A stretch of 64,000 nt of DNA from Myxococcota bacterium (GCA_040902485.1 JBBDXF010000028.1:33270-97269), one strand, 5' to 3'. Positions 51,345 through 63,125 are shown, counted from the stretch's first letter. Notes: generated by a model from the letters alone, not told the origin. Made by a program: numbers and translations.

Positions 51345-52263
51345 CCGCTTCTTCGGCTTCGCCCGGGATCCGTTCCGCGTGAATCCGGATCCGAGCTTCC
51401 TCTTCATGTCCGAAGGACATGCCGAGGCGCTGGCCACGCTCGTCTACGCCGTGCAGGAGCGCAAGGGCTTCATCACGCTCACCGGCGAGGTCGGCACCGG
51501 CAAGACCACGATCCTGAACGCGCTGCTCGGCAAGCTCGAGCCGACGGTGCAGGCCGCCTTCATCTTCAACACCGTGCTCGAGGTCGAGGACCTGTTCGCG
51601 ACGCTGTTCGAGGAGCTCGAGCTCGAGCCGCTCCTGCCGTTCCGCAAGAGCGCCGCGCTCTCGCGCCTGAACCGCTACCTGATCGAGAGGCTCGAGCGCG
51701 GACTGCAGACGCTGCTGATCGTCGACGAGGCGCAGAACCTGTCCGAGGCGGTGCTGGAAGAGATCCGCATGCTCTCGAACCTCGAGACGCCGCAGTCCAA
51801 ACTTCTGCAGATCATGCTGGTCGGACAGCCGGAGCTCGGCGAGAAGCTCGCGCGCCCGCAGCTCCGCCAGCTCCGCCAGCGCGTCGAGCTGCGCCATGCG
51901 ATCCGGCCGCTGCACGCGCAGGAGACCGCGGCCTATCTGCGCGAGCGCCAGCTCGTCGCCGGGCACCCGCGCGGCGACGCCTTCACCGTCGCGGCCGAGC
52001 GCGCCGTGTTCCGTTTCTCGCGCGGCATTCCGCGCGTGATCAACGTGCTGTGCGACAACGCGCTGATCGTCGCGTTCTCGCGCCAGTCCGAGCGCGTGTC
52101 GGCGCAGATGATCCAGGACGCCGCGCGCGATCTCGGCCTCCTGGAGAACTCGGCGGGGCCGCAGTTCGCGGGCGAGGACGCGAACGCGGCGCGCGAGTCA
52201 CGACCGGGATTCCTGCGCAGGCTGTGGCGCCGTCGAGCGCTTCAGCCCGCACCCGAGCTGTAG
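51337..52263 (+). CDS. ExeA-like AAA ATPase
   Basis: PF...PDP.F, GEVGTGKTT, LIVDEAQNL, LVGQPEL, GIPR.IN..CD. Confidence 0.92.
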   Translation: MYNRFFGFARDPFRVNPDPSFLFMSEGHAEALATLVYAVQERKGFITLTGEVGTGKTTILNALLGKLEPTVQAAFIFNTVLEVEDLFATLFEELELEPLLPFRKSAALSRLNRYLIERLERGLQTLLIVDEAQNLSEAVLEEIRMLSNLETPQSKLLQIMLVGQPELGEKLARPQLRQLRQRVELRHAIRPLHAQETAAYLRERQLVAGHPRGDAFTVAAERAVFRFSRGIPRVINVLCDNALIVAFSRQSERVSAQMIQDAARDLGLLENSAGPQFAGEDANAARESRPGFLRRLWRRRALQPAPEL

Positions 52264-52281
52264 GTCGAGGGAGGTTCGTTC

Positions 52282-53121
52282 ATGGGCAAGATCCACGATG
52301 CGCTGCGAAAGGCGGAGGAGCTGCGCCACGGCGCTCCGGCCGCGGAGGAGGTCACGAGCGAGGCTGCGAGCACGCCGCTCGCCATCCCGACCCCCCGCGT
52401 GTCGAAGCCGGCGCGCGGCTGGCTCGCCCGGCGCAAGGCCGCGCGCCCCGAGCCGCGCCCGCGCGAGGCCGCGATCTCGACCGGCGAGGCGACCCTCTCG
52501 GAGGAGTACCGGACGCTGCGCGCGCGCATCCAGTCGCTGCGCCGCACCCGCGAGCTGCGCTCGATCGTGGTCACGTCGACGCGGCCCGGCGAGGGCAAGA
52601 CCACGACCGCAGCGAATCTCGCGCTCGGCTTCGGCCTGGAGCGCGAGGGCTTCACCTGTCTGGTCGACGCAGATCTGCGTACGCCGCGTGTGCACCAGGT
52701 GTTCCGCGGCGCGGGTCAGTTCGGTCTCGCCGAGGTCCTGGAGGGCGACGCGAAGCTCGACGAGGCGCTGATCTCGGTGCCGGACACGCGGCTGATGGTG
52801 CTGCCGGTGCGCGCGCTGCCGACCGCGCCGTCGGAGCTCCTGGCCTCGCGCGCGATGCGCGAGCTGGTCGCGGAGCTGCACACACGGTTCCAGACGGTGA
52901 TCTTCGACACGCCGCCCGTGCTCGGCCTGCCGGACACCGTGACGCTCGTGGACCTGTCCGACTCCACGCTGTTCGTCGTCGGCGCCGGCATCGCGCCGCG
53001 CGACGACGTCGAAGCGGCGCTCGAGCGCCTCGACGCCAGCAAGGTGGTCGGAGTGGTCCTGAATCGCTGCGCCAGCAGCGAAGTTCCGTACGCGGGTTCC
53101 TACGGCTACGGTAAACGCTGA
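52282..53121 (+). CDS. Bacterial tyrosine kinase (CpsD/CapB)
   Basis: EEYRTLR, GEGKTT, DADLR, FDTPP, C-terminal Tyr cluster YAGSYGY. Confidence 0.92.
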   Translation: MGKIHDALRKAEELRHGAPAAEEVTSEAASTPLAIPTPRVSKPARGWLARRKAARPEPRPREAAISTGEATLSEEYRTLRARIQSLRRTRELRSIVVTSTRPGEGKTTTAANLALGFGLEREGFTCLVDADLRTPRVHQVFRGAGQFGLAEVLEGDAKLDEALISVPDTRLMVLPVRALPTAPSELLASRAMRELVAELHTRFQTVIFDTPPVLGLPDTVTLVDLSDSTLFVVGAGIAPRDDVEAALERLDASKVVGVVLNRCASSEVPYAGSYGYGKR

Positions 53122-53154
53122 GCGCAGGGTCGCACGGTCGGAGGCGCAAGCGCG

Positions 53155-54330
53155 ATGGCGACATTCGCAGCGATCCTGATCGTTCCCTGGGCGCTGGCCT
53201 TGCTGCTGACGCCGTGGGTGATCCGCGTCGCGCAGGCGCGCGGCTACCTCGACCACCCGACCGCGCGCAAGGCGCACAAGGCGCCGGTCGCGATGTTCGG
53301 CGGTGTGGCGGTGTTCGGCTCGATCGCCCTCGGCCTGCTCGCGCTGGCGCCGTTCGTGGCGCCGGTGCGCGACGCGCTGGTCGGTTACGAATCGCTGGGC
53401 GCGCTCGGCCTCGGCACCGCGCTGATGGTCGCGCTCGGCGCGTACGACGACCTGTACGACATGCGCCCGATGCACAAGCTCACCGGTCAGATCGCGATCG
53501 CGGTGCTGACCTGGGCGATGGGCTTCCGCGTCGGCTCGATCGAGCTGCCGTTCGAGCTGTTCCTGACGGCGGCCGCGCCGGTCTCGCTGCTCGTGACCGT
53601 GGCCTGGATCGTGATCGTCTCGAACGCCTTCAACCTGCTCGACGGCATCGACGGACTGACCGCGGGCGTCTCCGTGATCACCGCGCTCACCGTGTTCCTG
53701 CTCGCGAACCAGAACGGCGCGACGGTGCCCGTGATCGCGGCGCTCGCGCTGTCGGGCGCGCTCGCCGGGTTCCTGCGCTTCAACTTGCCGCCGGCCCGGA
53801 TCTTCCTCGGCGACGCCGGCGCGCTCTCGATCGGCTATCTGACCGCGGTGCTGGCGATGGCGTCGTACCAGAAGTCGCCGGCGGCGGTCGCGCTGATCGT
53901 GCCGCTCCTGGTGCTCGGACTGCCGCTGCTCGACTCGATCCTGGCGGTGATCCGGCGCGGTCTCTCACACCTGCGCACGCGCGGCACCGAGGGCCTGCGA
54001 CCGCTCGCGATCATCCGCGCCGTCACGCTCGCGGATCGCGGCCACCTCCACCATCTGCTGCTGCGCAACGGCCTGTCGGTGCCCGAGTCACTCGCGGTCC
54101 TGTACGCCGTGTGCGTCGCGCTGGCAGTGATCGGGCTCGGCACGCGTGAGGCGAGCTCGACGCTGCGCTGGGGACTGTTCGCGGGGCTGATCGCCGCCGG
54201 CTACGCGACGCTGCGCACGCTCGAGCGTCGCGCTTCCCGCCGCGACTCGGAGCTGGCCGCGAGCTCCGCGCCCGCCGACGAGGCCCGGCCGGGCCGGATC
54301 GTGGAGGAGAGCCGGCGCATCGCCGGCTGA
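53155..54330 (+). CDS. Polyprenyl-phosphate HexNAc-1-phosphate transferase (WecA/TagO, MraY family)
   Basis: GAYDD, NAFNLLDGIDGL, IFLGDAG, DRGHLHH. Confidence 0.92.
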   Translation: MATFAAILIVPWALALLLTPWVIRVAQARGYLDHPTARKAHKAPVAMFGGVAVFGSIALGLLALAPFVAPVRDALVGYESLGALGLGTALMVALGAYDDLYDMRPMHKLTGQIAIAVLTWAMGFRVGSIELPFELFLTAAAPVSLLVTVAWIVIVSNAFNLLDGIDGLTAGVSVITALTVFLLANQNGATVPVIAALALSGALAGFLRFNLPPARIFLGDAGALSIGYLTAVLAMASYQKSPAAVALIVPLLVLGLPLLDSILAVIRRGLSHLRTRGTEGLRPLAIIRAVTLADRGHLHHLLLRNGLSVPESLAVLYAVCVALAVIGLGTREASSTLRWGLFAGLIAAGYATLRTLERRASRRDSELAASSAPADEARPGRIVEESRRIAG

Positions 54331-54337
54331 GCACAGA

Positions 54338-55762
54338 ATGCTCGAACAGATCGCCTACCCGTACATCGCGCTCGTGACGCTGGTCGTGGCGATGCTCTTC
54401 TGGCGCCCGATCTGGGGTCTCGCGTTGCTCGTCGCGATCTTCCCGATGGACGCCTGGGCGCCGCGCCTGCCAGTTCCGGGCATCAACACCGAGACGATCA
54501 TGATCGGCGTCGCGTTCGCGGTCACGGTGCTGCGCTTCGGCGGGCGCATTCCGCCGCTGCGCTACTCCGGGCCGGTGTTCGCCTTCATCGGCGTGATGCT
54601 GATCGCGTTCATCGTGTCGATCCCGTGGGCCACGGGCATGCGCGCCGTCGATGGCGGTCCGGCCATCTGGTACAACTTCAAGACGGTGAAGAGCTCCACC
54701 TTCACCGCGCTGCTCTTCTTCATCGCCTACTGGTGGGTCCGCTCTCCCGAGGACCGGCAGCGCACGCTGGTCGCGATCTGCATCGCGGTCTTCCTGTCGT
54801 CGGTCGCGGGCATCGCGGACTTCGTGATCGGCATCAACCCGCGCGTCTCCGACGGCCGCGCGAACGGGCTGCTCGACAACGCGAACGCGATGGCGGAGAC
54901 GATCGGTCCGATGCTGTTCGTGCCGCTGTACCTGCTGATGCAGGGACGCGAGATCGGCTGGGCCACGCGCTTGCTCAGCGTGGCGACCTACGGGCTCGGC
55001 CTGGTGGCGCTGGTGCTCTCGCTCTCGCGCGGCAACTGGATCGCGTTCGTCGCGGCGAACTTCGTGTTCCTGCTGCTCGTGAACCGCAAGCTGCTCGTCG
55101 GTGCGGTCGCGGTCGGTGCGATCCTGGTGGCGCTCGGCGCGCCGCTCCTGCCGACCATCGTGCGCGATCGCCTCGAGTCCACGACCGCCGCGGGGCCGTC
55201 GGTCTACCAGGTTCCGCTCGCCGTCGGGCTGGAGGGCTCTACCGCCATGCGCGTCGTGTTCGCGAAGATCGGCCTCGACATGCTCGCCCTCTCGCCGGTG
55301 TGGGGCAACGGGCTGAACGCGTTCCACATGCGCACGCCGGAGTTCGGAGCCCGCTACGGTCTGCTCACGCACAAGGATCCGCACATCCTGCTCGTGCGGC
55401 TCGCCGCCGAGATGGGAACGGCCGGGATCCTCATGCTGGCCTGGCTCAGCTGGGCGGTGTACCGCTGCGGACGCACGCTGTGGCGCTCCGACTCGCCCGC
55501 CTACATGCTCGGCGCGGTCGTGCTCTCCGCGTCGCTCTACAACTTCGTCTCGAACCTGGCCTCGACCACGTTCCTGCAGGTGGCCCAGGTCTCGGCGCAG
55601 TTCTGGATCTTGTATGCGATCGCGGCGCGCGCGACCGTGGAGCGCTTCGAAGAGCAGGAGGAGCCCGAGGGCGTACGTGCGCCGCTCCCGGGCCGCTGGC
55701 GGCGCTTCGCCCGCGCGACGCCCGTGGTGATCCGGCAGCCGGCGACACAGAATCGCGTGTGA
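54338..55762 (+). CDS. O-antigen ligase / Wzy-like polymerase
   Basis: Many transmembrane segments; R..G..NAN, SLSRG, PH, E.G..G. Confidence 0.85.
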   Translation: MLEQIAYPYIALVTLVVAMLFWRPIWGLALLVAIFPMDAWAPRLPVPGINTETIMIGVAFAVTVLRFGGRIPPLRYSGPVFAFIGVMLIAFIVSIPWATGMRAVDGGPAIWYNFKTVKSSTFTALLFFIAYWWVRSPEDRQRTLVAICIAVFLSSVAGIADFVIGINPRVSDGRANGLLDNANAMAETIGPMLFVPLYLLMQGREIGWATRLLSVATYGLGLVALVLSLSRGNWIAFVAANFVFLLLVNRKLLVGAVAVGAILVALGAPLLPTIVRDRLESTTAAGPSVYQVPLAVGLEGSTAMRVVFAKIGLDMLALSPVWGNGLNAFHMRTPEFGARYGLLTHKDPHILLVRLAAEMGTAGILMLAWLSWAVYRCGRTLWRSDSPAYMLGAVVLSASLYNFVSNLASTTFLQVAQVSAQFWILYAIAARATVERFEEQEEPEGVRAPLPGRWRRFARATPVVIRQPATQNRV

Positions 55763-55776
55763 GACGCCTCGCCGGG

Positions 55777-56892
55777 ATGCTGCCGAAGCTCGCGCTGTCG
55801 CTCGCATCGCTCGTGCTCTTCTACGGCGTGCTCGAGCTGGCGTCGCGGATCGTCTGGCGCGCCGAGAACCACGGCGGGCACTGTGCGGTGCGCGATCCCG
55901 TCCTGATCAACGTGCACCAGCCCGGCTGCGCGTTTCGCGACAAGAAGACCGAGGGCGAGCTGGTCGAGTTCCGCTTCAACCAGTTCGGCTACCGCGATCG
56001 AACGCTGGTCGCGGAGCCTTTGCCCTCCGAGCTCGAGCTGTTCGCGATCGGCGACTCGTTCACGATGGGCGCGATGGTGCCGTTCGAGAGCAGCTACGTC
56101 GCGGTCGCCGAGGCCGATCTCGGTGCGAAGCTCGGCATCCCGGTCAAGTACGTGAACGGCGGGGTCTCGAGCTGGGACCTGCAGCAGTACGCGGTGCGCG
56201 TCCGTGAAGCGGTGAATCGCGGCGCCGACGTGATCAGCCTCGGAGTGCTGGCCAACGATTTCTACGCCGACCTCTCGGAGGAAGCCGAGGCCAAGCGGAT
56301 CGCGCTGCAGAACGACGCCGCTTCGATGGAGGCCGCGTACCAGCAGCTCTACATGGCCAAGCGCCCGCCGCTCGAGCGGCTGTATCGGTCGGTGCTCTCC
56401 AACAGCCGCGCGCTCGACCTGGCGGTGCACCTGGTCATGTCCTCCGACGACGCGTACGCGGTCGCCTATCTGTGGCGCGAAGGGAAGGACTCCTACCTGA
56501 GCCGGCCGCTCGGCGAGAAGTGGCTCGCCAAGCTCGCGGAGGGCGAGCGGCTCTTGCGGCGCATGTCCGAGACCGCCCGCGCCGGCCACGCGAAGCTGGT
56601 GGTGATCGCGATTCCGCAGCGCATGCAGGTGCTGCTGTTCTCGCGCGCCGATCGCTATCCCGAGCTCGACGCCGGCGCGTTCTTCGCGGCGCTCGGGCAG
56701 GTGTGCGAGTCGCTCGGCATTCCGTACATCGACGCGCTCGACGAGCTCGCCTCGGTCGAGCGGCCGACCAGGCTTTACTACCCCGTAGACGGCCACCTGA
56801 CGCCGGAGGGGCAGGAACGGCTCGGGCACTTCGTGGCCGCGGAGCTGCTGCGGCTCGGCGTCGTGGCGAGTCCCGAGCGGCGCGCTCGCTAG
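55777..56892 (+). CDS. SGNH hydrolase / polysaccharide O-acetylation (AlgJ/AlgX-like) protein
   Basis: N-terminal anchor; IGDSFT.G, N.GV, ND, DGH. Alternative start GTG 55759. Confidence 0.8.
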   Translation: MLPKLALSLASLVLFYGVLELASRIVWRAENHGGHCAVRDPVLINVHQPGCAFRDKKTEGELVEFRFNQFGYRDRTLVAEPLPSELELFAIGDSFTMGAMVPFESSYVAVAEADLGAKLGIPVKYVNGGVSSWDLQQYAVRVREAVNRGADVISLGVLANDFYADLSEEAEAKRIALQNDAASMEAAYQQLYMAKRPPLERLYRSVLSNSRALDLAVHLVMSSDDAYAVAYLWREGKDSYLSRPLGEKWLAKLAEGERLLRRMSETARAGHAKLVVIAIPQRMQVLLFSRADRYPELDAGAFFAALGQVCESLGIPYIDALDELASVERPTRLYYPVDGHLTPEGQERLGHFVAAELLRLGVVASPERRAR

Positions 56893-57620
56893 CGTTCCGC
56901 GTCGCGCGGACGCTTCGGCCCCGTGCAGCGCAGCACGACCAGCCAGGCGTAGCGGGCGAGGCGCGGGAAGAGCGCGAGCAGCGCCGCGTCGATCCCGCCG
57001 ACCAGCGGCGCCAGCGTCCGCTGCAGCCGGCCGAACGGGCCGACGACGGGCAGCAAGAGCCCGGAGTAGCTCGCGTCGACACGTTCGAATGAATCGGCGA
57101 AGCGCGCGACCTCGGCGTTGGAGAGGTACGGATAGCTCCCCCACTTCGTGCGCGTGATGCGCCGCCAGAGCCGGAGCCCCGGGTGGTTCTCCATGTTCTC
57201 GATGAAGACCGCGGCGCCGGTTTCCGGCACCAGCAGGGGAGCGAGGCGCGGCACGACCAGCCGGCGATCGAGCAGCACCAGCACCGAGCGGGTCAGCACC
57301 AGGTCGAAGCGCCCGCGTCCGAGCGGAAGCTCGCGGGCGTTCCCGCGGAAGAAGTGGACCCGCGAGGCGAGGCCCATCTGCTCGCTGAGCGCCCGGCCGG
57401 CTCGCAGACGCGCCTGTGACAGATCCGTCGCGAAGACCTGCGCGCCGCACGAGGCCAGCAGGCAGGCGAGCCCGCCGTCTCCGCAACCGACCTCGAGCAC
57501 GCGCTTCCCCGCCAGGTCGCCCGAGGCGTCGAGGCCCTTGCGGATCAGCGGCTCCCAGATCGGGGCGTGCCACTGGAGCAGACGGGCCCGAAGCCCGGGG
57601 TCGAGCTGATCCCACCTCAT
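56889..57620 (-). CDS. Class I SAM-dependent methyltransferase
   Basis: VLEVGCGDG, DLS, LP....FDLV. Confidence 0.85.
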   Translation of the reverse strand: MRWDQLDPGLRARLLQWHAPIWEPLIRKGLDASGDLAGKRVLEVGCGDGGLACLLASCGAQVFATDLSQARLRAGRALSEQMGLASRVHFFRGNARELPLGRGRFDLVLTRSVLVLLDRRLVVPRLAPLLVPETGAAVFIENMENHPGLRLWRRITRTKWGSYPYLSNAEVARFADSFERVDASYSGLLLPVVGPFGRLQRTLAPLVGGIDAALLALFPRLARYAWLVVLRCTGPKRPRDAER

Positions 57621-57636
57621 GGCCGACGCTATCGGC

Positions 57637-58014
57637 TCATCGCTTCGCGGGACCGAGCGCGTCGGCTGAGGGGGCGCGGCCGTAGTCGTCCTGCAGCCGG
57701 ACGACGTCGTCGATCTCGGGGCTCGACACCTCGCACAGCTCGCAGTCGATCAAGGCCTCGAAGCGGTGGCGCCGGCCGGGCGCGATTCGCGCGCTGTCGC
57801 CCGGTGCGAGATCGCGGGTCTCGAGCTCCCCGGCGTCGTTCTCGAGCGTGAGCCGCAGCGTGCCGCGCAGCAGGTAGATCGCCTCGTCCTTCTGGCGGTG
57901 CAGCTGCAGCGAGAGTCGCTGACCGGCGCGAATCGCCAGGATCTTGCCGAGGTAGCGGGGGGTCTCGGCCCAGATCTCCTCGTGGCCCCACGGCTTTTCG
58001 ACCCTTCGCGACAT
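57637..58014 (-). CDS. Cupin protein (mannose-6-phosphate isomerase-like)
   Basis: KPWG, LSLQLH..K.E, HRF, EVS, DDVVRL.DDYGR. Confidence 0.88.
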   Translation of the reverse strand: MSRRVEKPWGHEEIWAETPRYLGKILAIRAGQRLSLQLHRQKDEAIYLLRGTLRLTLENDAGELETRDLAPGDSARIAPGRRHRFEALIDCELCEVSSPEIDDVVRLQDDYGRAPSADALGPAKR

Positions 58015-58179
58015 CGACTGGCAAGCTACCACGCAGGCGCAAGGGCTTCGAACCAGCGCCGCGCTTTGCGTCCGAGCTGCGCAAGAGTCGCCGGCCACCG
58101 CTTTTCGGAAGTCGTCTACCCAGCACGCCCGAGGCGCCCGGGCCGCCCGACCCTCTCGAGGCCGGGCGCGTCCGTATAC

Positions 58180-58197
58180 TTGGCACGCTTGTCGCAA
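58180..58197 (+). promoter_or_regulatory. Sigma-54 (-24/-12) promoter upstream of the second activator and export genes
   Basis: TTGGCACGCTTGTCGCAA: GG-N10-GC. Confidence 0.8.
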
Positions 58198-58240
58198 TCC
58201 CCCCGGCGGTCACCCACCGGCAATGCCGGAACGGACCCCC

Positions 58241-59695
<1,455 letters not shown>

Positions 59696-59718
59696 CCCGC
59701 ACCGGAGGACCCTGGACG

Positions 59719-60357
59719 ATGATTCCGCACGGCAATCCCGGATCGGCGCTCGCCCTGGCGCTGGCTGCGCTCCTGCTCTCGGCCTGCGCCGGCACCGCGC
59801 GCGAGCAGCCGACCGCCGAGCAGCTCGAGACCGTCGCCGTGCAGGCGCAAGAGGAGTACGTGATCGGCCCGCGCGACGTGCTGACCATCGTGGTCTGGAA
59901 GGAGCAGGACCTGTCGGTTCCCCGCGCGGAGGTGCGGCTCGACGGCAAGATCTCGGTGCCGCTGATCGACGACGTACAGGCGGCCGGCAAGACCCCTCTG
60001 CAGCTCAAGCAAGAGCTCACCGAGCGGCTGCACGAGTACGTGACCGCGCCCATGGTCACGGTGATTGTCGCCAGCGTCGGGTCCAAGCTCGTCTACATCA
60101 TTGGCGAGGTCACGCGCGAGGGCCCGGTCAACATGCAGCCGGACATGCGCGTGCTCGACGCGATCAGCCTGGCCGGGGGCCTGAACCCCTTCGCCGGCAA
60201 GAGCCGGATCAAGATCATCCGCAGCCAGGGAACTGCCCCCGCGGAGTTCACGTTCGACTATGATCGTTTCGTCGACGGCCGGGACCTCGCCCAGAACATC
60301 CTGCTGATTCCTGGAGATACGATTGTCGTCCCCGAAGAACGCCCTTTCTGGCGCTAG
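59719..60357 (+). CDS. Short OPX polysaccharide export lipoprotein (Wza family)
   Basis: Lipobox LSAC; YVIGP.D.L, DGKIS.PL, VYIIGEV, L.PGDTIVVP. 212 aa. Confidence 0.92.
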   Translation: MIPHGNPGSALALALAALLLSACAGTAREQPTAEQLETVAVQAQEEYVIGPRDVLTIVVWKEQDLSVPRAEVRLDGKISVPLIDDVQAAGKTPLQLKQELTERLHEYVTAPMVTVIVASVGSKLVYIIGEVTREGPVNMQPDMRVLDAISLAGGLNPFAGKSRIKIIRSQGTAPAEFTFDYDRFVDGRDLAQNILLIPGDTIVVPEERPFWR

Positions 60358-61831
60358 CCTCGCGCTCGCCGCGCTGCTGGCGTGCGCCGCGCTTCCGGCG
60401 CGGGCCGGGGACAAAACCGTCCTGAAGCCGATGCTCGACGTGGAGCAGGGCTGGGACTCGAACATCTTCAACAAATCGGAGCAGGACGAGGGCAGCCTCG
60501 TCACGCGCATCAGCCCGTCGCTCTGGCTCGAGAACACGGGCGAGCTCGGCAACGCGCGGCTGGGCCTGACGGGGATCGCGCGCAACGTCTGGGAGGAGTC
60601 GGACCTCTCCGGGATCGACGGCCTCGCGAGCGGCGAGTTCGACCGAAGGGTGACGCCGCGCCTCACGCTCTTCGGTAACGGGTACCTCGAGCACTACTCG
60701 GGTTACAACGAGATCGATCCGGACGGCCTGAACCAGGGCGACCAGCCGATCGTGGCCGAGCAGCCCGCCTGGAAGCGCGACCTGATCGGCGGCGGCTTCC
60801 GATACCTGCTCAGCGAGCGCCTCTCGTTCACGACGGCGGGCTCCGCAGGTCGCGTGAACTACGAGAGCATCGACAGCCCCACGGCTTCCGACGGCTACTA
60901 CCGCGACCGCACCCTGCTCAGCGGGCGTTCGTCGCTCTCGTATCAGCTCACGGCTCTCGATCAGGTGAGCCTGAACGTCAAGTACGACGACACCACGTTC
61001 CAGAACCTGGGAGCGGGCACGAACGACTCCGCGATCTGGAAGGCGGAGGCCGGTTGGAGCCGAAACTGGACGCAGGCCTGGACGACGAGTGCCAGTATCG
61101 GCGTCAGCTCGCTCGACGCCGTTCAAAAGGGTGTTCCGCAGACCGCGGGCTTCGCCTACGTCGACACCTGCTTCATCAGCATCGGAGGGCTCCAGATTCC
61201 ATTCCCATGCCCCCAGTCCGGGATTGCCTTGCTCGGACCAGCGGACTTCTCGAGCAGCTCCACCGCCGTGGTCGGGGCGCTCATGGTCCGACGCCTCTTC
61301 CAGCGCGGCTCGCTCGAGTTCATGTACACGCGAGACACGCGGACGACGGCCGGCTCGGGGAAGACCAACTTCAACACCGACTCCTTCACGCTCGCGTGGC
61401 AGCAGCGGCTCGCAGAGCGCGTCCGGCTGACGCTGACCGGGAACTACACCCTCGATCGCTCGGCCACCGACAAGATCCCGAACTATGCCGCAAGGGTCAC
61501 GTCCACCGCGACCGGCACCATCACCGCTTTCTGCGGACGCGGCGGAGCGCTGACTCTGGCGGCCCCGGTCGTGAATCCTGCAAATCCCGAAGAGCTGCTG
61601 CCCACCTTTCAATGCGGGGGTGGATCGTCGGAGGAGGATCGCCAGCACACGACGCTCTCCGGACGTCTCGAGTGGCAGCTGCGCAAGACGCTGAGCTCCT
61701 ACGCGGTGGCGCGCTACTACCACTCGATCACCGACCAGACGCGCGGAAACTTCGGGGACATCCGGACGGAGGATCTCGACAAGTTCACCGTCGGCGTGGG
61801 CTTCCGGTACTACCACGACCTGGGACTGTAG
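60323..61831 (+). CDS. Outer-membrane beta-barrel protein associated with polysaccharide export
   Basis: Signal peptide; WDSNI motif; alternating amphipathic strands; aromatic-rich last strand VGVGFRYY. Start codon uncertain. Confidence 0.78.
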   Translation: MSSPKNALSGASLALAALLACAALPARAGDKTVLKPMLDVEQGWDSNIFNKSEQDEGSLVTRISPSLWLENTGELGNARLGLTGIARNVWEESDLSGIDGLASGEFDRRVTPRLTLFGNGYLEHYSGYNEIDPDGLNQGDQPIVAEQPAWKRDLIGGGFRYLLSERLSFTTAGSAGRVNYESIDSPTASDGYYRDRTLLSGRSSLSYQLTALDQVSLNVKYDDTTFQNLGAGTNDSAIWKAEAGWSRNWTQAWTTSASIGVSSLDAVQKGVPQTAGFAYVDTCFISIGGLQIPFPCPQSGIALLGPADFSSSSTAVVGALMVRRLFQRGSLEFMYTRDTRTTAGSGKTNFNTDSFTLAWQQRLAERVRLTLTGNYTLDRSATDKIPNYAARVTSTATGTITAFCGRGGALTLAAPVVNPANPEELLPTFQCGGGSSEEDRQHTTLSGRLEWQLRKTLSSYAVARYYHSITDQTRGNFGDIRTEDLDKFTVGVGFRYYHDLGL

Positions 61832-61840
61832 GCCGAGCCG

Positions 61841-63115
61841 ATGGCGCTGGAACAAACCAAGCTCGCGATCATCGGCCTCGGCTACGTCGGCCTGCCGCTC
61901 GCCGTCGAGTTCGGCAAGCGCTACGCGACGCTCGGCTTCGACGTCAACGCCGCGCGCATCGCCGAGCTCGAGCGCGGCCGCGACCACACGCTCGAGGTCT
62001 CGCCCGAGGAGCTGCGCGCGAGCGCGAACCTGCGCTTTTCGGCTCGCGCGTCGGATCTCGACGCCTGCGACGTCTACATCGTCACGGTGCCGACGCCGGT
62101 CGATTCCGCCAAGCGCCCCGACCTGACGCCGCTGATCCGCGCCAGCGAGACGGTGGGCGCGAGCCTCCGGCCGGGCAACATCGTGGTGTACGAGTCGACG
62201 GTGTACCCGGGCGCGACCGAGGAGGTCTGCGTGCCGATCCTCGAGCGCGTGTCGGGGCTCAAGTTCAACGTCGACTTCTTCTGCGGCTACAGCCCCGAGC
62301 GCATCAATCCAGGCGACAAGCAGCACCGGCTCACCGGCATCGTGAAGGTGACCTCGGGCTCGACGCCCGACGTCGCGGACTTCGTCGACCGGCTGTACGC
62401 GTCGATCATCGGCGCTGGCACGCACAAGGCGAGCTCGATCCGCGTGGCCGAGGCCGCCAAGGTGATCGAGAACACCCAGCGCGACGTGAACATCGCGCTC
62501 GTCAACGAGCTCGCGCTGATCTTCAACCGCATTGGCATCGACACGATCGAGGTGCTCGAGGCGGCGGGCACCAAGTGGAACTTCCTGCCGTTCCGGCCCG
62601 GCCTCGTCGGCGGCCACTGCATCGGCGTCGACCCGTACTACCTGACCCACAAGGCGCAGGAGATCGGCTACCACCCGGAGGTGATCCTCGCGGGTCGCCG
62701 CATCAACGACGGCATGGGCCCGTACGTCGCCGATCAGGTGGTGCGGCTGATGGCGAAGCGCGGCGTGAGCCTGGTCGGCGCACGCGTGCTGATCCTGGGC
62801 CTGGCCTTCAAGGAGAACTGCCCCGACGTGCGCAACACGCGGGTGGTCGACATCGTCGCGGAGCTGCGGCAGTACCACGTGCAGATCGACGTGCACGATC
62901 CGTGGACCGACGCCGACGAGGCGCTGCGCGAGCACGGCTTGCGCAGCGTCGCCGCGCCCGAGCCGGGCAGCTACGACGCCGTGATCCTGGCGGTCGCGCA
63001 CCGGCAGTTCGTCGCGCTCGGCGCCGCGGGCGTGCGCGCGTTCGGCAAGCCCGTCTCGATCCTGTACGACGTGAAGTCCGTGCTGCCGCGCGAAGCGGTC
63101 GACGGCAGGCTCTGA
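61841..63115 (+). CDS. UDP-N-acetylhexosamine 6-dehydrogenase (WbpO/TviB-like)
   Basis: [44 protein letters not shown]. Confidence 0.93.
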   Translation: MALEQTKLAIIGLGYVGLPLAVEFGKRYATLGFDVNAARIAELERGRDHTLEVSPEELRASANLRFSARASDLDACDVYIVTVPTPVDSAKRPDLTPLIRASETVGASLRPGNIVVYESTVYPGATEEVCVPILERVSGLKFNVDFFCGYSPERINPGDKQHRLTGIVKVTSGSTPDVADFVDRLYASIIGAGTHKASSIRVAEAAKVIENTQRDVNIALVNELALIFNRIGIDTIEVLEAAGTKWNFLPFRPGLVGGHCIGVDPYYLTHKAQEIGYHPEVILAGRRINDGMGPYVADQVVRLMAKRGVSLVGARVLILGLAFKENCPDVRNTRVVDIVAELRQYHVQIDVHDPWTDADEALREHGLRSVAAPEPGSYDAVILAVAHRQFVALGAAGVRAFGKPVSILYDVKSVLPREAVDGRL

Positions 63116-63125
63116 GGGCGGCTTC

